A DNA stretch of 64,000 nt, from the NCBI GenBank assembly GCA_040389905.1, contig JAZJZK010000005.1, positions 224,001 to 288,000 of the forward strand. The letters are read 5' to 3'. The translations under genes were made by a program, and so were the position numbers. The stretch's first letter is position 1, and every line of letters starts with the position of its first letter. The DNA comes from Gemmatimonadota bacterium (GTDB lineage Bacteria > Gemmatimonadota > Gemmatimonadetes > Gemmatimonadales > Gemmatimonadaceae). The notes under the pieces are model-generated. The model worked only from the letters and a program-made list of their open reading frames with translations, was not told where the DNA came from and ran no database searches. Shown piece by piece: positions 18,645 through 28,319 of this stretch.

Positions 18645-19658
18645 CTATCGTGTCGACGGATGAAGCTCGGAGATATAGCGCCCGTGAAGCACGAAGAGCC
18701 GCTTGCCCTTCGCGGCAATCCAGCGGGACACCCATGGCAATTCGTACGAGCCCACGTACTTACCGGAATGAATCGAATAGCGGTCGATGACACGCTTCGC
18801 CAGCGTGCGGTCCTTGCCGGCGTAGAGGACCACAACCTCGGTATCGCGCAATGCGATGGAGACCGCCGTCTGAACCGCGGCACCAAGGATCTCGTCTGTC
18901 TTCCTGGCCTGGGTGCGCCGAATCACATCGGGAAAGTTCGTCGATTCGATGAATCGTCCGCGAGTCAGAGCACCCGCGCTGGTGTCGAGTACGACAAAGC
19001 CGTCGCCAAAGGCAAAGCCAAAGACCCAATGCTCGAGCCTGTCGTCGGTCGCCGTCCATCCCTGTCTCATAAGAGGGCGCAGCGCCGAAAAATCGGCGGA
19101 GGGAAATGCGTTACGGGACAGCCGTTTTCCCTGATTGTCAAAAATCACGAGAGGCGCCGCGGAGTCGGTGGTCACCGCCGCAAAGCGATTGCCGGTGAGC
19201 GGAACAAACGCATCAATGTCATCGACCCCGAACGGTGAGATACTGCCACCGGTTCGGCCTCTGGGGTCAACGGTGATGAGGCGATTCGCGCCCACGAGCG
19301 CAACAAGTGTGTCGTGCCCCGTAGTCGTCAGACCAAGGAGCGGGCTCTCTTCTGCGGCGCCAATGTCCGTTCCCCACAGCCGCCGACCATTCTTGTCGAG
19401 GGAGGTAATCCGGGTCCTTCCTTCGAGAAACGCGAAACCCTGATCGGTAGCAACGAGATGTCTCATGGTGCGATAGGTGGTGTCCGATCCAGGAACCGCA
19501 ATCGAGTCGAACGTCGTGCCGCTGAATACTCGATGAGCGGAATCGCGCGTCGAAGTCTCGTGAGGGGCCCGTACCACGCTGACGCGTGCTGACTCGCGTT
19601 CGCACGAGACAACCGCCAGTCCACCTACAAAGAACAGCCTCAATATTCTAGGAGCCAT
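18645..19658 (-). CDS. Predicted lipoprotein, probable 6-bladed beta-propeller (TolB-like/BF3164-like)
   Basis: Lipobox-like LAVVS|C after MAPRILRLFF; propeller-type repeats (LVIFDNQGKRL, IDRYSIHSGKYVGSYELP). Confidence 0.6.
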   Translation of the reverse strand: MAPRILRLFFVGGLAVVSCERESARVSVVRAPHETSTRDSAHRVFSGTTFDSIAVPGSDTTYRTMRHLVATDQGFAFLEGRTRITSLDKNGRRLWGTDIGAAEESPLLGLTTTGHDTLVALVGANRLITVDPRGRTGGSISPFGVDDIDAFVPLTGNRFAAVTTDSAAPLVIFDNQGKRLSRNAFPSADFSALRPLMRQGWTATDDRLEHWVFGFAFGDGFVVLDTSAGALTRGRFIESTNFPDVIRRTQARKTDEILGAAVQTAVSIALRDTEVVVLYAGKDRTLAKRVIDRYSIHSGKYVGSYELPWVSRWIAAKGKRLFVLHGRYISELHPSTR

Positions 19659-19759
19659 GTGATCGCTTCCTCGGTTTGTCTGGCTAGCTAAGAGCGTACC
19701 GCATCGCATCCAGGCACACTCAACGCGAGGCATGTGGCATCCCAATATGCCTTCCTCCG

Positions 19760-20254
19760 TCACGGACCTTTTCTGGCACTCAGCGTCTCGATAAAGGAAT
19801 CTGCTGGCGTCTCACTTCCCGGGAGTATCGTCCGGAGAACCAGTCGCTCATCAAAGAGCAGCGTGACGGGAAGCGACGCAACGCCGAGGAGCGCGAGTGA
19901 GTGCCCCACCTTGCGCTCGGTCAGGGCTCGCACAGGGAAGTGGAAGCCGTAGGAGGCGATGATCTCGTCGGCCGGCACCTCCTCCCTTTCGCCGATGATA
20001 AGGATGCCTTGTACGTCGGCCCGTCTGCCTCTGCTGACGACGTTCCATCGATCAATAATCTCGAGTGCTCCTGGGCAATCACCGGCGCGAAAAAGAAAGA
20101 TGATATGCGGTCGCGATTCGGCCACGCCGGAAGAAGGCTGGGCGAGAAGGCTGGAAATCGGACGACCCAATCCGATCACCTGTTGGCGGAGGATAATGGC
20201 TTCCGCCAAAATGGCAATGACAGCAACAACGCCTACGGCCGTCGAAAGGCGCAT
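19760..20254 (-). CDS. Membrane-anchored thioredoxin-fold protein with degenerate CxxC (CPGA)
   Basis: N-terminal TM helix; IIFLFRAGDCPGALEIIDRWN; cis-Pro loop LGVASLPVTLLFD. The start could instead be 20311. Confidence 0.6.
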   Translation of the reverse strand: MRLSTAVGVVAVIAILAEAIILRQQVIGLGRPISSLLAQPSSGVAESRPHIIFLFRAGDCPGALEIIDRWNVVSRGRRADVQGILIIGEREEVPADEIIASYGFHFPVRALTERKVGHSLALLGVASLPVTLLFDERLVLRTILPGSETPADSFIETLSARKGP

Positions 20255-20443
20255 TAGGACAGCATCTTTCGCCGCTGAGCGCTGAGCGCCGGATCCGAGT
20301 ATCGACATCAACCACAGAACTGGTTAGCGTGCCCCGCTGGCAACAGGCGTACTCAACTGGTCGCCTTGCAAGCGCGACCGCATCCCGAGCAGGTGGTGCG
20401 TGCGGTCGCGCTTGCGAAGTGAGGGTTCCCCGAGCAGAGGAAG

Positions 20444-20668
20444 CTAGAACATGGTGTAGTAATCCGTAAACGTGACCCACTGATCACAGACGCCATTCGA
20501 CACGTGGCTGCAGTAAGTCGACGTCCTGCACTTCTTGAGGATACCGTCCGCACAGGAGTCCTCGGCCTTAAGGATGCTCCGCGACGAGAACGAAGGCACA
20601 GCCAGAACCGCTCCCGCCACCGTAAGGACTACGAAACTGAACTGCACCAGACGCTTAAGTTGCGTCAT
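20444..20668 (-). CDS. Small secreted 4-Cys peptide 2 (74 aa)
   Basis: MTQLKRLVQFSFVVLTVAGAVLA signal; core SCADGILKKCRTSTYCSHVSNGVCDQWVTFTDYYTMF; GAGG upstream; paralogue of the adjacent ORF. Confidence 0.85.
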   Translation of the reverse strand: MTQLKRLVQFSFVVLTVAGAVLAVPSFSSRSILKAEDSCADGILKKCRTSTYCSHVSNGVCDQWVTFTDYYTMF

Positions 20669-20744
20669 TGCCGACCTCGGGTAGATGATGGTACTCAATG
20701 CCACGGCCGTTCCACACACGTTGTGTGCGTCTCGCTGGCGCGGA

Positions 20745-20966
20745 CTAGAACATCGTGTAATAGAACGTGAGCGTGGTATAACCTTGGCAGACACCGTTGT
20801 ACCACTGAGCGCAGCTGGTCTGTTCACGGCACTTCTTCAGCAAGCCGTCAGCGCACGAGCTGTCAGCACGGAGCTCCTGCTTTTGAGATACAGCTGGCGC
20901 AATCGCGATCGCACTGATTGACGCGGCGAGCGCCAGCGTGATCGAAAGCCCCTGAATTTTAGTCAC
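20745..20966 (-). CDS. Small secreted 4-Cys peptide 1 (73 aa)
   Basis: AGGAGA RBS before the GTG; signal peptide; core SCADGLLKKCREQTSCAQWYNGVCQGYTTLTFYYTMF. Confidence 0.85.
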   Translation of the reverse strand: MTKIQGLSITLALAASISAIAIAPAVSQKQELRADSSCADGLLKKCREQTSCAQWYNGVCQGYTTLTFYYTMF

Positions 20967-21030
20967 TCTCGCTCTCTCCTGTTTAGAGTCAGTAAACGCG
21001 TCTTACCACCGGGCGCCTTTGGTAGCCGCG

Positions 21031-21060
21031 ATTGTAATGCCCCGGATCCACTTCTGTCAA
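21031..21060 (-). promoter_or_regulatory. Near-consensus sigma70 promoter for the peptide cassette
   Basis: The minus strand reads TTGACA-N18-TACAAT, ~65 nt upstream of the peptide 1 start. Confidence 0.65.
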
Positions 21061-21325
21061 GGAACCGTTTCTTCCCCCAAGTAAAATGTTAGAATGAGAT
21101 GACCGATCCTCCGAGAGCCGTCCCGCGTGTAGTTGATGCTCAAGCACTGGCGCCTCCAATCGCTCCCGGGATCCCAAAAACAGTCGCGATGGGCTCGGGC
21201 TCGAGCTCATAGATGGCGCAGGGGAACATTCTCCAATGGACTTGAGTTTCATCACCCTCAGGACTTACAATGGATCAGGAGGCCGCTAGGTCCCAACCTC
21301 ACGTGCCGATCACCGGAGAAGCAGT

Positions 21326-21574
21326 ATGTCTGACGGGCTAGTTCTTCTTATCGCATTCTGTGCGCTCGTAGCGCTGAATAGCATCGTCAAGGTAGTCGTG
21401 GCCATACTTTCTCAGCGACGTGACAAGGGCGTCGCCGTTCTCGAGGCGGAGATCAGGCGCTTGTCCGAGCGGGTGCGAGTGCTCGAGGAGTATCGAGAGG
21501 GTAGCGAGGCAGAAGTAGAGAAGTTGAACGATGCCAACGTGTTCCTGGAACGGCTACTGGCGAATCGTGACTAG
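21326..21574 (+). CDS. Small membrane-anchored coiled-coil protein (82 aa), hypothetical
   Basis: GGAG RBS; N-terminal TM helix followed by LEAEIRRLSERVRVLEE...NVFLERLL. Confidence 0.65.
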   Translation: MSDGLVLLIAFCALVALNSIVKVVVAILSQRRDKGVAVLEAEIRRLSERVRVLEEYREGSEAEVEKLNDANVFLERLLANRD

Positions 21575-21676
21575 TGTCCTGATTAGAAGGTTGCCAACGA
21601 GGACGCCGAGCCATTCTGGTTGGGCAAGGAACGGCTGTGGAAATCCCCCAAAGCGTCACGCGAGTCCGCCTACAAT

Positions 21677-21710
21677 ATCCCAACTCTGGACAAATCCCAA
21701 CTCTGGACAA
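21677..21710. repeat. Perfect 17-bp tandem duplication
   Basis: ATCCCAACTCTGGACAA x2. Confidence 0.9.
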
Positions 21711-22063
21711 CCGGCGCCCGCGCAAGTGGTGTGGGTCTCTGCTGAGGGCGCGCCAGTGAGTATTTCCTGGCCAAGGCCTTGCGGGAAGGTGATGGCGTTT
21801 CTAGAACGCAAGAACACTTTTGACCGCGCTTCACGGCGCCTGCTTAATGGAATATCCTGGAGTGTGCCACACCTTCCCAGGCTCTTTCAGCCGGGGCGGC
21901 ATTGCGCACAGAGTCGAGTACCGAGGTCGACGCGCATGTGATTTCTGCCGCCGGTGTCGCATTCCTCGGCTATCCGACGTAGTGATTCCACATTTCATCG
22001 AAACCCGCTGTCGTCGAGCGTTGCACCGTGCGTTCGTGAGGGCACGACCCTCACGAGCCCACC

Positions 22064-24247
22064 ATGAAACGCCTCGCCCTCGCGCTGTTCCTTCCCGTCG
22101 CGTCAATCGCCGCGCAGTCCCCCGCGCCGCTCGAACTGCCGCGCCTCACACGAGCCATCGCCGTGGACGGCGTGCCGACGTCTGAGGAATGGAAGGACAT
22201 CCCGACACTTCCACTCACGCTCTACGCGCCAGTGTTCAAGGGCACCCCAATGCAGCGCACGGAAATCCGCGTCGCCTACGATGACGAATACTTCTACGCC
22301 GCCGGCTGGTTCTACGACGACGACAAGGTCGGCGTGCGGGTGAACTCGCTCTACCGCGATCGTTGGAATGGCGACGATGCCTTCGCCATCTATATCGACG
22401 CCTACAACGACAAGCAGAACTCCAAGTGGTTCGGCACCACGCCGGGCGGCATTCGCTTCGACCAACTCGTGTCGGACGACGGCGCGACGCTCAACGGAAG
22501 TTGGGACACCTTCTGGACCGCGCAGACGACCGTCACCGATTCCGGATGGTTTGCCGAAGTGAAGATCCCCTTCTCGAGCCTCGGCTTCCGCGTCGACGCC
22601 GAGGGCAAGGTCGTCATGGGCCTCACGGTGACTCGGCTCGTGTCGCGCAGCGAAGAGCGCGTCACCTTTCCCGCCATCGATCCCAAGTTCGAATTCCGTC
22701 GTCCGTCCGTCGCGCAGGATGTGGTGCTCCGCAACGTCCGCTCGAAGAACCCACTCTACATCACGCCCTACGCGCTGAGCGGCACCGCGCGCAACATGAT
22801 TCGTCCCACAGGAGCGACCACCTTCTCGCCAGTCACCTCGCGCAGCAACGAAGTGGGCGCCGACGCGCGCTACGCACTCTCGAGCAACCTGACGCTGGAC
22901 CTCACGTACAACATGGATTTCGCGCAGGTCGAAGCGGACGACCAGCAGGTGAACCTCGATCGCTTTCCCCTGTTCTTTCCCGAGCGTCGCCGCTTCTTCC
23001 AGGAGAACAGCGGCATTTTCGACTACCAGTTCGGCGGTGGCTCGCGCCTCTTCCATTCGCGGCGCATCGGACTGACCCCTTCGTTCACTCCACTTCCGGT
23101 GCTCGGCGGCGCTCGACTCGGTGGACGCATGGGTGCCTGGGACGTGGGGCTGCTCGAGATGCAAACCGAGCGCGACGGCGTCTTTCCGTCGGAGAACTTC
23201 GGCGTGTTTCGCATGCGCCGCCCGGTATTGAATGCGAACTCCACCGCGGGCTTCATGGCGACGTCGTACGTCGGTGGCGGTCGCAAGAACTTTGGCCTCG
23301 GCACGGATGCATCGCTGCGGGTTCGGCCGGACGAATACCTCGTGCTCAAGTGGGCGGGGACGGTCGACAGCGGCGCCGTGAACCTCTGGAGTCGCAGCAT
23401 CGTCGACGCACGCTATGAGCGCCGAGTCGGCCGCGGGCTTCAGTACTCGTTCGCAACGACGCATTCAGGAAAGGAGTTCCGTCCGGAGCTCGGCTTCACG
23501 CAGCGCCGAGATTTCACGACCGCGAATTTCTACTCGAACTACTTCAACTTTGCGGAGGTCAGCTCCTCGATCCGGCGGTGGTACCCGGGAATCCTTGCGT
23601 TCTCGACCTTCCGGAATGCGGATCGCGTCGTCGAGTCCGGACAATATGCGCTCTGGCTGCAGTGGGACACGAAGGCGGGTGGTGGCGGCTGGATCGAACC
23701 GAAGCTCTTCCGCGAGAGCGTGGTTCAGCCGTTCACCATCGGCAACACGATCAAGATCCCCGCGGGGACGTACACGTTTTCCGATCTGCAGTTCGCCTTG
23801 AGCATGCCGGCCGGGGAGCGGCTGCGCACGACGATGGATCTGCGCGCCGGAACGTACTTCGACGGACGTCGCGCGCAGGCGATCATCAATCCCACCTGGA
23901 ACGTCTCGCCGCATCTGGAACTCGGCGCCGACTACCAACTCACGGCGCTCCGCTTCGCAAGCCGGTCGCAGACGGAGAACATCCAGGTCGCTCGCCTGCG
24001 CGTGCGCGCTGCGCTGGACGTCCGCATGTCGGGCAACGCGTTTCTCCAGTACAATTCCACCACGCGCAAGCTCGACGCGAACGTGCGCCTCCGATACGCA
24101 TTTGCCGAGGGCACCGATCTCTGGCTCGTCTACAACGAGGGATTGGACACGAATCGGTCGAGTGATCCGCTTGGTATCGTGCAGAATCAACCGTTCTCAC
24201 TCTCCCGCTCGTTCATCGTGAAATACTCGTACACATTCGGACTTTGA
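22064..24247 (+). CDS. DUF5916 / CBM9-like domain outer-membrane protein
   Basis: Signal peptide; TEIRVAYDDEYFY; WFAEVKIPFSSL; NMDFAQVEADDQQVNLDRFPLFFPERRRFFQEN; C-terminal VKYSYTF beta strand. Confidence 0.85.
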   Translation: MKRLALALFLPVASIAAQSPAPLELPRLTRAIAVDGVPTSEEWKDIPTLPLTLYAPVFKGTPMQRTEIRVAYDDEYFYAAGWFYDDDKVGVRVNSLYRDRWNGDDAFAIYIDAYNDKQNSKWFGTTPGGIRFDQLVSDDGATLNGSWDTFWTAQTTVTDSGWFAEVKIPFSSLGFRVDAEGKVVMGLTVTRLVSRSEERVTFPAIDPKFEFRRPSVAQDVVLRNVRSKNPLYITPYALSGTARNMIRPTGATTFSPVTSRSNEVGADARYALSSNLTLDLTYNMDFAQVEADDQQVNLDRFPLFFPERRRFFQENSGIFDYQFGGGSRLFHSRRIGLTPSFTPLPVLGGARLGGRMGAWDVGLLEMQTERDGVFPSENFGVFRMRRPVLNANSTAGFMATSYVGGGRKNFGLGTDASLRVRPDEYLVLKWAGTVDSGAVNLWSRSIVDARYERRVGRGLQYSFATTHSGKEFRPELGFTQRRDFTTANFYSNYFNFAEVSSSIRRWYPGILAFSTFRNADRVVESGQYALWLQWDTKAGGGGWIEPKLFRESVVQPFTIGNTIKIPAGTYTFSDLQFALSMPAGERLRTTMDLRAGTYFDGRRAQAIINPTWNVSPHLELGADYQLTALRFASRSQTENIQVARLRVRAALDVRMSGNAFLQYNSTTRKLDANVRLRYAFAEGTDLWLVYNEGLDTNRSSDPLGIVQNQPFSLSRSFIVKYSYTFGL

Positions 24248-24271
24248 TTCTCGAGCAGCAACGAGCCACTT

Positions 24272-24391
24272 TGTCATCCCGCACGAGCGCAGCGAGTGAC
24301 GGGATCTACCGTCCGTACCCCGAAGCTAGATCCTTCGCAGGGACAGCAGATCCCGTCACTCGCTCGCGGCGCTCACTCGTGCGGGATGACA
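24272..24391. repeat. REP-like palindromic element, family A
   Basis: TGTCATCCCGCACGAG...CTCGTGCGGGATGACA with inner GGGATCT/AGATCCC arms; similar copies at 31355 and 35421. Confidence 0.9.
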
Positions 24392-24440
24392 TTGGTGTTG
24401 CGCTAACCGGTTCTCACGGCAACCGAAGGGTCCGCGCGTT

Positions 24441-25547
24441 GTGAAACTTCGCATCGTGGTGGGCGTGTGCCTGGGCTGGATGCTCGCCGGCGTGCTTTGG
24501 GGCGCGCAGACGGCACTCGGCTCGACACTCTCCGGCATGGCGGTCATTCCGCTTGGTCAGGCAATCAGAGGTGCGCTTGGCCAGATGTTGCCGTGGATCC
24601 CCGTCACGCTCGCGGTGATCGCGCTCACCGTGCGCTTTCCGCTCACGCGTGCACGCTGGCGGCGGCATGTGGTCGTTCACGTCGTGAGCGCTCCGGTGCT
24701 CGCGTGGGTGGCGAATGTGCTGGTCGTGTTGGGCTTCTGGGCGAACATGGGCAAATTTCAGGGCTTCACCATGCTCGCGCGGCAAGGCGTGCTCTGGGCG
24801 ACCGTAAACTTTCACGTCGCACTACTCATCTACGCGGCGATTCTCGCCATCACGCAGGGTGTCCTCAACTATCAGCAGGGCCGAGCGCGCGAACTCGAGT
24901 TGGCGAAGGTGGAGGGGCAGCTGGCTCGCGCGCAGGTACAGGCACTCAACGCACAGATTCGTCCGCATTTCCTTTTCAACACGTTGCACAGCATCGGGCA
25001 GATGTGGCGGTCGGGGCGCAGCAACGAGGCGGACGCGATGCTCGATCATCTCGGCAGTCTCTTTCACAAGGTGCAGCGCTCGACCTCGCGAACCGAAGTG
25101 CCGCTCTCCGACGAACTCGATCTCGTGCGTGAGTACCTGGCAATAGAGCAGGCGCGCTTTCGCGACCGGATGCAGACCACGGTGTGCGCGCCACCAGAGA
25201 CGATGACGTGGCTGGTGCCGCCGCTGCTTCTCCAGCCGATCGTCGAGAATGCCGTTCGGCACGGACTCGCTGCCATCTCGACGGCGAGTCGGATCGACGT
25301 TACTGCCGCCATTCGCGCCGATCATCTCGAGCTCGAGGTCCGCGACGATGGACCGGGCGTGAATGCCACCTCAACGCAGCCGGGTTCCGGTACGGGACTG
25401 ACGAACACGCGCGAGCGGCTCGCCCAGTTGTATGGCACCGATGCCTCGTTGTCGATCGCGGACGCAGAGACGCGCGGCACGGTGGTGCGCATCAGCATTC
25501 CGCGCACGAGCACGCGGCGAACCGCGGATGCATATGGCGGCGACTGA
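24441..25547 (+). CDS. LytS/YehU-family sensor histidine kinase
   Basis: TM N-terminus; ALNAQIRPHFLFNTL, LQPIVENAVRHG, VRDDGPG and GTGLTNTRERL. Confidence 0.95.
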   Translation: MKLRIVVGVCLGWMLAGVLWGAQTALGSTLSGMAVIPLGQAIRGALGQMLPWIPVTLAVIALTVRFPLTRARWRRHVVVHVVSAPVLAWVANVLVVLGFWANMGKFQGFTMLARQGVLWATVNFHVALLIYAAILAITQGVLNYQQGRARELELAKVEGQLARAQVQALNAQIRPHFLFNTLHSIGQMWRSGRSNEADAMLDHLGSLFHKVQRSTSRTEVPLSDELDLVREYLAIEQARFRDRMQTTVCAPPETMTWLVPPLLLQPIVENAVRHGLAAISTASRIDVTAAIRADHLELEVRDDGPGVNATSTQPGSGTGLTNTRERLAQLYGTDASLSIADAETRGTVVRISIPRTSTRRTADAYGGD

Positions 25548-26370
25548 CGTCCTCCGCGCGGTGGTCGTCGATGATGAGCCCAATGCCCGAGAGGTGGTGC
25601 TCACGCTGCTCGCGTCGAGCAAATGGGTGCGCGTGATCGGCGAGGCGAGCAACGGCGCGGAAGCGGTTGATCTCATCCGTCGTGAGAAGCCAGACCTCGT
25701 CTTCCTCGACGTGCAGATGCCGGATCTCGATGGGTTCGGAGTGATCGAAGCCCTTGGTGACGAGGTTCCGCGCGGCATCGTGTTCGTCACCGCGCACGAT
25801 GAGCATGCCATCCGCGCGTTCGATCTGCACGCGCTCGACTATGTTCTGAAGCCATTCGGTCGCCCGCGATTCGAGGCGGCCGTCTCGCGTGCGATCGAAC
25901 GGCTGCAGGCGCTCGACGCGCTCTCGTTGCAGCGCACCCTCGCGAGCATGGCGGATGATCGTCGAGCGGTCGGGGAAGCGGCGGCAGAACTCTACCTCGG
26001 CGACTCGGCTCGCGTCGAAGTCCCGCCCACGAGGCTCAGGCGCATCGGTGTCCGCAACGGCTCGAAGATCACGGTTGTCGACATCGACGCAATCGATTGG
26101 GTGGAAGCGTCCGGGGATTACGCGCGGATTCATACCGGCAAGGCGCGGCACCTCGTGTTGCAACGAATGCATGCTTTGGAGCAGGCGCTCGACGACGGCG
26201 GCTTCGTGCGCATTCACCGGTCGATCATCGTGAATGTGGCGAGGATTCGCGAACTTCATCGGGAGCCGGACGGCGGAGGAAGCATCGTGCTGAGCGACGG
26301 TGTGCAGTTGCGCGTTGCGCGCGGGCGGTGGGAGGCGCTGCAGGAGGCGCTGGAGATCCGGGATTTCTAG
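25534..26370 (+). CDS. LytTR-family response regulator
   Basis: VVVDDEP, FLDVQMP, FVTAHD and DYVLKPF receiver motifs; FVRIHRSIIVN LytTR motif. Confidence 0.95.
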   Translation: MAATDVLRAVVVDDEPNAREVVLTLLASSKWVRVIGEASNGAEAVDLIRREKPDLVFLDVQMPDLDGFGVIEALGDEVPRGIVFVTAHDEHAIRAFDLHALDYVLKPFGRPRFEAAVSRAIERLQALDALSLQRTLASMADDRRAVGEAAAELYLGDSARVEVPPTRLRRIGVRNGSKITVVDIDAIDWVEASGDYARIHTGKARHLVLQRMHALEQALDDGGFVRIHRSIIVNVARIRELHREPDGGGSIVLSDGVQLRVARGRWEALQEALEIRDF

Positions 26371-26404
26371 CCTGTCTGTCGATGCGCCGCGGCCTGAACC
26401 GATC

Positions 26405-26601
26405 TTACCGCAGAGGACGCAAAGGAGCAGAGGAACGCAGAGGACTACGGAAGCGTTCTTGCTCGTTCTGTCGCCCTGAGCGAAGCGAAGGGCCTGCACG
26501 TGCTGTTACGGCGTGAGGTGCAGGCCCTTCGCTATGCTCAGGGCGACAAACGAGCGGTTTTTCCTCTGCGGCCCTCTGCTCCTCCGCGTCCTCTGCGGTG
26601 A
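26405..26601. repeat. Nested composite palindrome: family C outer arms around family B inner arms
   Basis: Outer ACCGCAGAGGACGC (26407-26420) / GCGTCCTCTGCGGT (26586-26599); inner TGTCGCCCTGAGCGAAGCGAAGGGCCTGCAC / GTGCAGGCCCTTCGCTATGCTCAGGGCGACA. Confidence 0.9.
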
Positions 26602-26679
26602 AAACGACGTGGCGCCTGACACCACTTCGAATCATGTTTGGCGATCCCCCGCCGCGCGCAGAGTGACTAGCATTCCAGT

Positions 26680-27678
26680 ATGACTTTACCAACGCGACTG
26701 TCCTACGGTTTCATCGTCCTGCTGCTCATCGCTGCCGACTACCTGCACATCGCCACCCCACTGGTGACCGTGCTGTTCTGCTATTTCGCGCTCGACAAGC
26801 TCGGCGTCGGCGACCGGAAGTGGCTCGGTGTGAGTGTGTTCCTTATCCTGCTCAGCGCTGCTGGAGTGGGCTTCTCGTTCTTCATCAAGCAGGCTCTCGT
26901 CGCGCTTCCGCGGATGGCGGAAACCACCATTCCCGTCGTCCTCGGTTGGGCGGAGAAGCAGGGCATCGAGCTGCCCTTTGCAGACTATCAGAGCCTGCGG
27001 TTGCTGGCGCTGAACGCGGTGAAGGGTGAGTTGGGCGGGCTGGGCAAGTACGCCGGCACCGCCGTGGTACAGACGGCCGCCGTCATCATCGGCATCGTGG
27101 TCGCGATCAGCCTCTTCCTGAATCCGAAATTCGACCTCGAAGCGAACCTGCCACACCACGACAACAATCTCTATACGTTGACCGGCGAGGAGGTGGGGCA
27201 GCGATTCCGGACACTCTACCGCAGCTTCGCTACCGTCATGGGTGCGCAGATCATTATCTCGGCGATCAACACGACGGTGACAGCCCTCTTTCTCTACCTG
27301 GCCGGCTTTCCCAATGCGCCGGTGATCATCGGCACCACGTTCCTTTGCGGATTGATCCCGATTATCGGAAACCTGATCAGCAATACCATCATCGTCGGCG
27401 TCGGATTCACGATCGCGCCGCAACTGGCGCTGATGGCGCTCATTTTTCTGATCGTCCTCCACAAGTTCGAATACTTTCTCAACAGCAAGATTGTCGGCGA
27501 TCGCATTCAGAACCCCATGTGGCTCACGCTGATCGGCCTCGTGATCGGGGAGAAGCTCATGGGGATTCCGGGGATGATCCTCGCGCCCGTCATGCTGCAC
27601 TACATCAAGGTGGAGGCGAAGGGAAACCAGCCGCTCATCGCGCTTCCCGACGACCCGCAGCCCTCGACCCTCGTTTGA
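26680..27678 (+). CDS. AI-2E family transporter
   Basis: Hydrophobic 332 aa; [20 protein letters not shown] and GIPGMILAP motifs. Confidence 0.88.
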   Translation: MTLPTRLSYGFIVLLLIAADYLHIATPLVTVLFCYFALDKLGVGDRKWLGVSVFLILLSAAGVGFSFFIKQALVALPRMAETTIPVVLGWAEKQGIELPFADYQSLRLLALNAVKGELGGLGKYAGTAVVQTAAVIIGIVVAISLFLNPKFDLEANLPHHDNNLYTLTGEEVGQRFRTLYRSFATVMGAQIIISAINTTVTALFLYLAGFPNAPVIIGTTFLCGLIPIIGNLISNTIIVGVGFTIAPQLALMALIFLIVLHKFEYFLNSKIVGDRIQNPMWLTLIGLVIGEKLMGIPGMILAPVMLHYIKVEAKGNQPLIALPDDPQPSTLV

Positions 27679-27680
27679 CG

Positions 27681-28319
27681 ATGCAATTCCCCGACGCGGC
27701 GCGCGATCTCGCGGAGCTCGGACGCCGTTTTCATGGTCGCGGGTGGGCCCTGGGCACCAGCGGAAACTTCAGCGTCGTGGTGAGTCGCGATCCGCTCCGC
27801 CTCGCCATTTCGGCGAGCTCAATCGCGAAAGGAACGATGCGCGACGCGGACGTCCTGGAAGTCGACGACCGCGGTGTGCCGTCTGGCCCAGGTGCAGGCG
27901 CACCGTCGGCGGAAACACTCCTCCACGTGGAGATTGCCAGGCGCTGCAGTGCCGGCGCGGTGCTGCACACCCACTCCGTGTGGGCAACGATACTCTCGGG
28001 GTTGGCCGCGCATTCCGAGGGCATTGCGATCGAGGGATTCGAGATGCTCAAGGGGCTCGCCGGCGTGCGCACGCACGAACATCGCGAGTGGATTCCCGTC
28101 GTCGACAACGACCAGGACATGACGCGCCTCGCGCCGGTCGTCGGCGCAGTGCTGGAACGAAATCCAGGCGTCCACGCATTCCTCTTGAGGCGGCATGGGA
28201 TGTACACGTGGGGAGCAACGCTGGCGGAAGCGGAACGACACGTCGAGATTCTCGAATTCCTGCTCGAAGCGACTGGCCGTTCAATGATGCTCGGGTCAAG
28301 GGATCATGGAGGTGGGTGA
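27681..28319 (+). CDS. mtnB: Methylthioribulose-1-phosphate dehydratase
   Basis: [25 protein letters not shown] and RRHGMYTWG class II aldolase motifs; mtn context. Confidence 0.93.
   Translation: MQFPDAARDLAELGRRFHGRGWALGTSGNFSVVVSRDPLRLAISASSIAKGTMRDADVLEVDDRGVPSGPGAGAPSAETLLHVEIARRCSAGAVLHTHSVWATILSGLAAHSEGIAIEGFEMLKGLAGVRTHEHREWIPVVDNDQDMTRLAPVVGAVLERNPGVHAFLLRRHGMYTWGATLAEAERHVEILEFLLEATGRSMMLGSRDHGGG

Noticed and set aside
20444..20966. Peptides as lanthipeptide, sactipeptide or ranthipeptide precursors
   Set aside because: No LanB/C/M, radical SAM, YcaO or C39 peptidase nearby, and the leaders are Sec-type rather than double-glycine.
21985..22040. Possible LytTR direct-repeat boxes upstream of the DUF5916 gene
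   Set aside because: The matches are too degenerate to support by eye.
26405..26450. GCAGAGG short periodic repeats as a CRISPR array
   Set aside because: Units are 7-11 bp with no spacers and form arms of an inverted repeat; no cas genes.
25492..26692. ORFs 25492..26499 and 26405..26692 starting in or crossing the repeat
   Set aside because: They are translations of the palindromic element plus the antisense strand of the LytTR gene.
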